From Planctomycetota bacterium (lineage in GTDB: Bacteria; Planctomycetota; UBA11346): 37,935 nt of DNA. The stretch covers positions 1-37,935 of the forward strand of contig JBBQSO010000051.1 of assembly GCA_038213805.1 (NCBI GenBank). Direction: 5' to 3'. Under the pieces are notes generated by a model. The model did not search any database. It saw nothing but the letters and a program-made list of their open reading frames with translations, and was not told the DNA's origin. Of the stretch, positions 28,895 to 37,935 are shown piece by piece; the stretch's first letter is position 1; the number at the start of each line of letters is the position of its first letter. The position numbers and the translations under genes were made by a program.

Positions 28895-30244
28895 TCAATC
28901 GCCCAGCTCAAGGCGCCCAACCGGGTTGCCCAGCCGGCAGTAGCGCCAGCCCTGGTCGAGGCCGGGCACCGCGACGCCGCGCACCGCGTATCCGGTGGCG
29001 GCGCGCAGCAGGCGCTCGCGGGTGATGGTGCGCGCGATGTTGGGACCACCGCCCTGGTCCTCGCCGAGCTGCATGAGGATCGCCCGGCGCGTACCGCCAT
29101 CGGCGGCGTTGAGCTGCATCACGGCGTGGCCGGTGGTGCCGGAGCCGGCGAAGGCGTCCAACACCAGCGCCGTCGGGTCATCGCGGCAGACCGTGCGCAG
29201 CAGGCACTCGACCAGCGAGACCGGTTTGGGGAAGGCGAAGGCGACGCCACGCTCGCTGCCGAGGATCTCCATGACCTCCTGGCTGGCGTCCTCGTTGGTG
29301 CCGACGCCGATGAGCGCGCTCAGCAGCGTGCTTGGGCGCTTGGTCTTCTGCGCCTGGTCCCAGCGCCGCACGTTCAGGCCAAAGGCGCGCGACACCGCGA
29401 TGCGCGTGCCGAGGGCGAGCTCGGCGTCGAGCTTGGGCTGGGTCCACACGAAGTTGCCGGTGATGGTGACGGCGCCGGCGATACGCCCATCCGCGACCAC
29501 CAGGTCCTCGTGGTAGCGCAGAGCGGTGCCGCCGCTGCCGCGCACACCGGCGGGATGCATGCCCGCAGCGAGCGTGGTCTCGGCCGCGCCGGCGGGAATG
29601 ACCAGGGTCTGGGTGCGGTTGGTGCGCTTGACCAGCGGCTGCCACTTCTCGGCATACGCAGCCTCGCCGAAGAGCGGCGGCAGGCTGCTCGCGTCCTTGG
29701 CCATGGCGACCACGAACTCGGTCATGCGGCGCAGGTGGCGGTCGAGGTGGCTGCCCTTCTTCTTGCGCACCCAGGTGAAGGTGGCGAGGCGGTTCTCGGA
29801 GCCGAACAGCTCGTCGAGCAGGAACTGCAGCGCCGCCAGCTCAGTATCGTCGATGCTGATGAACAGGCAGCCATCCGCCGCGAGCAGTTCGCGCAGCAGG
29901 GCGAGCCGCGGGTACATGAAGCACAGCCACTTGTCATGGCGGTCGAGGTCCTCGCGGCCGACCACCCGGCCCAGCCAGGAGCGCGTCGCCGGACTGTTGA
30001 CCGCGTCGTTGTAGACCCAGGTCTCGTTGCCGGTGTTGTAGGGGGGATCGATGTAGATGCAGCGCACGCGAGCGCGGTATTCCGGCACCAGCGCCGCGAG
30101 CGCCTCGAGGTTGTCGCCTTCGATCAGGGTGTGCAGCAGAGGGCCGGGGATGGCGAGATCCGGGTCCTCGCGCAGGTCGCGTATCGGCAGGTGGCGGTGG
30201 TGGTCGACCACCGCGTCCTTGCCCAACCAGCTCAGCGTCGGCAT
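28895..30244 (-). CDS. Site-specific DNA methyltransferase (beta class, type III Mod-like), orphan
   Basis: MPTLSWLGK, IEGDNLEAL, motif IV IYIDPPYNTG, FPKP, motif I LDAFAGSGTTG. Confidence 0.9.
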   Translation of the reverse strand: MPTLSWLGKDAVVDHHRHLPIRDLREDPDLAIPGPLLHTLIEGDNLEALAALVPEYRARVRCIYIDPPYNTGNETWVYNDAVNSPATRSWLGRVVGREDLDRHDKWLCFMYPRLALLRELLAADGCLFISIDDTELAALQFLLDELFGSENRLATFTWVRKKKGSHLDRHLRRMTEFVVAMAKDASSLPPLFGEAAYAEKWQPLVKRTNRTQTLVIPAGAAETTLAAGMHPAGVRGSGGTALRYHEDLVVADGRIAGAVTITGNFVWTQPKLDAELALGTRIAVSRAFGLNVRRWDQAQKTKRPSTLLSALIGVGTNEDASQEVMEILGSERGVAFAFPKPVSLVECLLRTVCRDDPTALVLDAFAGSGTTGHAVMQLNAADGGTRRAILMQLGEDQGGGPNIARTITRERLLRAATGYAVRGVAVPGLDQGWRYCRLGNPVGRLELGD

Positions 30245-30306
30245 GGCGCCATGGTCGCGCCGGGCGGAAGGCGGCAAGCGCGTTCACGGCGCCGGCAGGT
30301 GCCGTG

Positions 30307-30352
30307 GCAACGCAGACACCCGCCGAGAATCCCCGGCGGGTGTCTGCGTTGC
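30307..30352 (-). terminator. Perfect 19-bp stem-loop downstream of ppdK
   Basis: GCAACGCAGACACCCGCCG - 8-nt loop AGAATCCC - CGGCGGGTGTCTGCGTTGC, about 40 bp after the ppdK stop. Confidence 0.7.
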
Positions 30353-30390
30353 GCGGTGCGGACCGGGGTCCGCGCCGCCCGGATGCCTGC

Positions 30391-33357
<2,967 letters not shown>

Positions 33358-33436
33358 GATGGATCCTTTACGCTGCGGTGAGCGGCAGTGGAGCTTGAGG
33401 GGTTTGCCTCTGATCGGTCGGATCGGAGGGTCGGGG

Positions 33437-33464
33437 AACGTACGGGGCTTTCCCGGACGGTCAA
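33437..33464 (-). promoter_or_regulatory. Possible sigma70 promoter for ppdK
   Basis: Minus strand TTGACC-N16-TACGTT about 80 bp upstream of the start codon. Confidence 0.35.
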
Positions 33465-33604
33465 CGCACGTGCGGCAAGCATTGGCGGTCCCGGGCCCTA
33501 TCCCGACACCGAGGTCCGGGCTTTTCTGACGGTGCCAGCGGTCCGGGCTGCGGGTACTCTGCGCTCGCCACCGGGATGGGGAACGCGGACGGCCTGCGGA
33601 ACGC

Positions 33605-34804
33605 CTAGGCCGACGGGTCGGTTTGGATCCAAGCGCTTGCGAAGGCCTCCGCGCCGGCGCGGTCGGCGAATGCGCCCTCGAGCTGGGCGTCCTCGAGCGC
33701 ACGCAGCAGTCCGCCCAGGGCCGGTCCCGGTCGCGCGCCCAGGGCGATGAGGTCACTGGCGCGCAGCAGCGGGCGCCAGGGGGCGGCGGCGGTCTCTGCT
33801 GCCAGCCCTGCCGCCAGCGCGACGGTGGACGGTGCGCCGGACGTGCGCGCCGCGAGCAGCTGCACAAGACTTGCAGCGAGGGGGTGCTGCAGGACGCGAC
33901 GGCGCGCGCTGCGCGGCCCGGCGGCGAGTTCCGCCGCGGTCTGCTGCTGGTCGAGCAGCCAGCGGATGGCGTCGCTGCGCGCGCGGGGCAGCGGCTGGGC
34001 CGCAAGCCAGGCGCTCACCTGCCCCGGGTCTGCGGCGGCCAGCCAAACGGCGGCGGCGACCTCGGGCGCGGCTTCCTGCGGCAACGCGTCGAGGGCGACT
34101 CCCGTGGCGGCGAGATCAGCGGCCGTCAGGTCCGCGAGCGGCGGGCTGAATTCCGCGAGGCGGCCGCTGGCTGCAAGCAGCCCGAGCCACGCGCCGCGCC
34201 GCGGCCCGGCCAGGCCCTTGGCCCATTCCTGCAGCAGCCGTTCGGGGGCGAGGCCGGCGAGGCCGGTGGTGCACACGGCGGCCCAGGTCGCGGGCTCGAT
34301 GGCGAGTTCGAGTTGAGCGGCGAATCGCAGCGCGCGCAGCACACGCAGCCGGTCCTCGCGCAGACGAGCCGCCGCGTCGCCAACCGCGCGCAGGCAGCGC
34401 GCCGCGAGGTCGACAAGACCCTCGACATGGTCGATGACCAGGCCCTGCAGCGGGTCATAGAGCAGTGCGTTGATCGTGAAATCACGGCGCTGCACGTCGC
34501 AGGCGGCGCTGGTGAAGGCGATCGTGCTCGGCCGCCGCCCATCAATGTAGGCGCCGTCATGGCGAAAGGTCGCGACCTCGACGTTGGCCCCGCCGGGCGC
34601 CACGACGATGATAACGCCGAACTGGCGACCCACCGCGACGGTGCGCCAACCGGCGGCCGCGGCGCACGCTTCGACCTGTTCCGGATGCGCATTGGTGGCG
34701 ACGTCGGCGTCGTGCACCGCGCGGCCGAGCAGCAGGTCGCGGACGCAGCCTCCGACGAGGTAGGCCTCGTGGCCGGCCGCTATGAGGGCGCGTACGATGG
34801 GTAT
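33605..34804 (-). CDS. cca: CCA tRNA nucleotidyltransferase / poly(A) polymerase family protein (start uncertain)
   Basis: The frame stays open upstream of the ORF-track GTG 34717 and reads [37 protein letters not shown]; also [32 protein letters not shown]. 34804 is an in-frame ATA used only as a placeholder boundary. Confidence 0.85.
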   Translation of the reverse strand: MPIVRALIAAGHEAYLVGGCVRDLLLGRAVHDADVATNAHPEQVEACAAAAGWRTVAVGRQFGVIIVVAPGGANVEVATFRHDGAYIDGRRPSTIAFTSAACDVQRRDFTINALLYDPLQGLVIDHVEGLVDLAARCLRAVGDAAARLREDRLRVLRALRFAAQLELAIEPATWAAVCTTGLAGLAPERLLQEWAKGLAGPRRGAWLGLLAASGRLAEFSPPLADLTAADLAATGVALDALPQEAAPEVAAAVWLAAADPGQVSAWLAAQPLPRARSDAIRWLLDQQQTAAELAAGPRSARRRVLQHPLAASLVQLLAARTSGAPSTVALAAGLAAETAAAPWRPLLRASDLIALGARPGPALGGLLRALEDAQLEGAFADRAGAEAFASAWIQTDPSA

Positions 34805-34845
34805 CGCATCGCGCCAGGGCGGCTGGTCCGCTGGACAGGCGAGCG

Positions 34846-35013
34846 GCCGGCTGATGGCTGATGGCTGATGGCTAATGGCTGTCCCCTGACCATGAGCTGA
34901 GCGCGAACGGCGTCGCTAGGAAACTGCGGAGAACGCTGGTCGGGACGATCTCGACCTCTGCAGGTCCCGGTAGGATATCGCCATCAGCTGGCAGCCATCA
35001 GCCATCAGCCGGC
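34846..35013. repeat. Inverted pair of heptamer arrays (GGCTGAT)n ... (GCCATCA)n
   Basis: GGCTGAT x3 + GGCTAAT + GGCTG at 34849-34881 and GCCATCA GCTGGCA GCCATCA GCCATCA GCC at 34980-35010; 34846-34867 is the exact reverse complement of 34992-35013. Confidence 0.9.
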
Positions 35014-35020
35014 TATCGAT

Positions 35021-36178
35021 TCAGCTCGGCAGACTGATCGGCATGATCAGATACGTCGCATTCACCTCGCGCATGATCAGGCCGCGGCTCAGCTCGATCG
35101 CCATCTTGTCGCCCTTGAAGACCTTGAGCACGTCGCTGAGGTACTGGGCGTTGACGCCGAGCTTGAGCGGCGAGCCCTGGTAGACGCAGGGCACCGGGAT
35201 GCGCGCGCTGCCGTTGGTGTAGTTCAGGTTGCTGAACACCGCCTGATCCTTGTCCAGGCTGACCACGATGCCCTTGCTGGTCGAACTGGTCATCAGTGCG
35301 GTGCGGCGCACCGCCGAGGCGAGCTCGGCGGCGTCGAAAGTGACCGCGCTGGGCGCGGACTGCGGCAGGGCGTTGCGGTAGGAGGGAAAGTTGCCCTCGA
35401 CCAGCCGGCTGGTGAGTTCGACCTGCAGGCCGCCCTGGACGGAGAGACGCACGAACACCAGTTTGCCTGAGAACGCGAGATCGACGCGCTCCGAGGGCAT
35501 GCCGGCGAGGATGCGCTGCAGGTGGTTGATGGTCACCGCAGGGATGACCGCCTGCACGGCCTCGCCACCGGGCGCAAGCTTGAAGGCGTCACTCTTCTCG
35601 ACCGCCTCGCAGAGCATCTTGCCGTCGGTGGCGGCAAGCACGACCTCGCCGTGACCGATCGAGACGAAGATCCCGGAGAGCACGGCGCTGGTGCGATCCT
35701 TGTCCATGCCGAACACCGTTTGGCGGATCATCTCTTCGAAGCGCGGGCCGCGCAGCGTCACGTAGGGCACGTCGGTGGGAAAGAACTGCACCGGCGGGAA
35801 GGTCTCACCGACCACCGCCGGGATCTGATAATCGCCATCGGCGAGGATGATCTGCAGCTGGCTGCTCTCGGCCTTCTGATCGAGCCGCAGATTCACCGAC
35901 TGCGAGCGCGACTCCTTGAGGATCGCGGTCAGCTGGCGGGCCTGGACGACCGCCTGGCCGGGGCTGTCCACGACCACTCCACGCACCAGCGAGCGCAGGC
36001 CGACCTGCAGGTCGGTGGCGATGATGTCCAGGTGGTCCTTCTGCCCATCGAAGAGCAGGTTGGTGAGAATCGGCTTGGCGCTGTTGGAGGGCACCACCGC
36101 ATCAGCCGCCTGAATGCCTGCGAGCAGGTCATTGCGGTCGCAGCGCAGGGAGAGGGAGGTGGATGCGGTTTTTTCCAT
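35021..36178 (-). CDS. dnaN: DNA polymerase III subunit beta (sliding clamp)
   Basis: KPILTNLL, ATDLQVG, VLAATDGKML, SRLVEGNFPSY, GVNAQYLSDVL, C-terminal YLIMPI; 385 aa. Confidence 0.95.
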   Translation of the reverse strand: MEKTASTSLSLRCDRNDLLAGIQAADAVVPSNSAKPILTNLLFDGQKDHLDIIATDLQVGLRSLVRGVVVDSPGQAVVQARQLTAILKESRSQSVNLRLDQKAESSQLQIILADGDYQIPAVVGETFPPVQFFPTDVPYVTLRGPRFEEMIRQTVFGMDKDRTSAVLSGIFVSIGHGEVVLAATDGKMLCEAVEKSDAFKLAPGGEAVQAVIPAVTINHLQRILAGMPSERVDLAFSGKLVFVRLSVQGGLQVELTSRLVEGNFPSYRNALPQSAPSAVTFDAAELASAVRRTALMTSSTSKGIVVSLDKDQAVFSNLNYTNGSARIPVPCVYQGSPLKLGVNAQYLSDVLKVFKGDKMAIELSRGLIMREVNATYLIMPISLPS

Positions 36179-36544
36179 GACTGATAGACATCCTAATCGT
36201 CATCCTCCGCATGTCAAAAGCGGCTAATTCCAGGTAAGCATTTGCGGAACCGCAGCTTGGGTATGTCGAAAGCGATGGGGTAAAGAGTCCGGCTGTGGGC
36301 GGGAAGGGGGGGTTTCCGCCGTGCTCGTCCGGTAGGGGGGGTGGGTGTGGCGAAAACGTCGGAAACCCTTCGGGTATGCGACCGGTTTCAGGAATCCGCT
36401 GTCCGGCTTCAGCCAGAGGCGTTCCAGAGCATCCAGGACCAGCTGCGAAAGGCGTGGTAGGCAAGCCGCCAGCGGGTGAGGTGCCGTGCTCGGGAAGCTG
36501 CTGGCAGCTGTTGCCGCTTGCCGCAGGGGGTGGATGATCCGCCC

Positions 36545-37093
36545 ATGGTGCGACCCGGGCAGCTCGTCTCCGGCATCATGCTCACGTTGGCGGTGTTGGC
36601 CACCAGCGGCTGCGCAGACGCCATCTTCGGGGTGCTGCTGGCGCCAGACGAAGTGGTTGGCGGGGCTGCCAATGCCGTCGCATCGAGCGGCGCGCAGGTG
36701 CTCAGCAGCGGAAGCCTGAGCGACCTCACCGACAGCGCCCAGACGCTGTCCGACCTCGATCGCATCATCAAGGAGAACCCGCAGAACTCCGACCAGCTCA
36801 GCGAGCTGCGCAATTCGTTGGCCACGCAGGAGCCCACGGGTGCCAACGCGGCGACGACCAGTGCGATCTGGGAGGGCAAGCCGGTGGGCCGACGCACCAT
36901 GGATCAGACCACGCACACCCCGGTCAGCCGCCGTGGCCGCCCGGACCGGCTGCATCTCGACAATGATCATGAGATTTTGATGCGCACGCGTCGCGCCAAG
37001 GACCGCCCGGACACGCTGGCCGAAGGCAGCGCGCTGCGTGGCGAGGGTGAATCGTCGTTTGCGATGAGCCTGGAGCCGATCCGGCTCAAGTGA
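36545..37093 (+). CDS. Putative lipoprotein, unknown function
   Basis: ATG 36545; hydrophobic signal ending in lipobox-like LATSG-C; codon usage typical of the window. Confidence 0.6.
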   Translation: MVRPGQLVSGIMLTLAVLATSGCADAIFGVLLAPDEVVGGAANAVASSGAQVLSSGSLSDLTDSAQTLSDLDRIIKENPQNSDQLSELRNSLATQEPTGANAATTSAIWEGKPVGRRTMDQTTHTPVSRRGRPDRLHLDNDHEILMRTRRAKDRPDTLAEGSALRGEGESSFAMSLEPIRLK

Positions 37094-37105
37094 GGCGGGG
37101 CGGCC

Positions 37106-37678
37106 TCAAGCCGAAGCGCTGCCCGATTCCGGGACCACCGGACGTCCAGGGTCTGCGCTGCCGTCTGCACTTCCGATGTCCCCGCTCGCCGAATCCGTGA
37201 CTGCAAGCAGTCCGTCGAGCACATGCTGTTCCTCTGCCGGGGTCATCTGCGGGTCGCGGACGCGGTAACGCAGGTCCTTGACGCGATCCCCGAGCACCAG
37301 CACGGCCTCGCTCGGCCCGCGTTCGACGGTGATGAACTGCAGTTTGCGCGCGCGCACCAGCGCCAAGGCCACGACGTAGGCCAAGCACTGCTGGGCGCGG
37401 CTGCGCGAGTCCTTGAGGTTGGCGAAGATCTGGCCGAGGGTCTCGGCATTGAGGCGGAAGGCCTTGCGTTCATTGCCGGCCTCGGGCACGCGGGTGCGCC
37501 ACCAGCTCAGGTAGCGCTGTTGGTCCTCGGCGTCCCAGGCTTCGACCGAGAAATCGCGGCGCACGAAGCCGCCGTCCTCGAGCAGCAGCGCAGAATGGCA
37601 CCATTCGCCCGGCGCCAGCACCCGACCGCTGCTGCAGCAGGCGAGGCGAGGGGCGACGATCTTGCCTTCCCAGTCCAT
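37106..37678 (-). CDS. Hypothetical protein resembling a planctomycete-conserved family
   Basis: ATG 37678 with upstream GGAG; CCSSGRVLAPGE...RRDFSVEAW...LSWWRTRVP...YVVALALVRARKL pattern recalled from planctomycete hypothetical proteins. Confidence 0.65.
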   Translation of the reverse strand: MDWEGKIVAPRLACCSSGRVLAPGEWCHSALLLEDGGFVRRDFSVEAWDAEDQQRYLSWWRTRVPEAGNERKAFRLNAETLGQIFANLKDSRSRAQQCLAYVVALALVRARKLQFITVERGPSEAVLVLGDRVKDLRYRVRDPQMTPAEEQHVLDGLLAVTDSASGDIGSADGSADPGRPVVPESGSASA

Positions 37679-37734
37679 GGAGTCTCCGCAGGTGAGCCTG
37701 GAGTGTAGGCGGGTGGGGAGGGGGACAAGGGTAG

Positions 37735-37752
37735 GGCTGACGGCTGACGGCT
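37735..37752 (+). repeat. Short GGCTGAC heptamer array, inverted partner of the terminal array
   Basis: GGCTGAC GGCTGAC GGCT. Confidence 0.7.
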
Positions 37753-37834
37753 CTTGGTCCAGGGACCCGGCAAGTCCGGAGCGGCAGGATTGCCCCCAGG
37801 AACGGCAGAAGCCGGCGCGCACCGCGCCGGCCTC

Positions 37835-37928
37835 GCCATCAGCCATCAGCCATCAGCCATCAGCCATCAGCCATCAGCCATCAGCCATCAGCCATCAGCC
37901 ATCAGCCATCAGCCATCAGCCATCAGCC
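37835..37928 (+). repeat. Perfect heptamer tandem repeat (GCCATCA)13
   Basis: 13 exact units at 37835-37925 plus GCC, ending 7 bp before the window end. Confidence 0.97.
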
Positions 37929-37935
37929 CCGCATC

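Noticed and set aside
28895..30244. Complete type III restriction-modification system or phase-variable mod
   Set aside because: No res gene adjacent and no simple sequence repeat tract in the gene.
33358..34005. Upstream extension of the ppdK ORF to 34005
   Set aside because: Overlaps cca in another frame; low-complexity Arg/Pro/Ser translation; a good RBS precedes ATG 33357.
36224..36970. 248-aa minus-strand ORF upstream of dnaN as a possible dnaA remnant
   Set aside because: No AAA+ or DnaA motifs; it is the shadow of the plus-strand lipoprotein gene.
37835..37928. Possible CRISPR array or telomere-like repeat
   Set aside because: No spacers and no cas genes; it is a simple 7-bp tandem repeat that also occurs internally at 34849-35010.

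Overview
High-GC bacterial chromosomal segment, most consistent with a Planctomycetota/PVC-group organism (inferred from gene content) and probably close to the replication origin. Left part: a partial secreted autotransporter-repeat protein with a PA14 domain, a pentaheme cytochrome c with a PA14-like domain, a PA14 + beta-propeller dehydrogenase-like protein, a His-bearing membrane protein, a Gfo/Idh/MocA oxidoreductase, an MFS transporter and a GT2 glycosyltransferase with a near-perfect 66-bp internal duplication. Middle: mutL, an M18 aminopeptidase, aspartate kinase, a stand-alone three-gene minor-pilin module ending in a 938-aa PilX-like protein, hemL, maf, a metallophosphoesterase and hom. 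Right: two tandem parS palindromes directly before parA-parB at the centre of a local GC trough, an orphan Mod-like DNA methyltransferase, ppdK with Lys/Ala/Pro-rich tails, a CCA-adding enzyme gene with no in-frame canonical start upstream of its catalytic motif, dnaN without dnaA, and two hypothetical genes. Inverted heptamer arrays (GGCTGAT...GCCATCA) occur at two loci; one extra 7-bp unit would put an upstream ATG in frame with the CCA gene. No rRNA, tRNA, CRISPR array or transposase was recognised.
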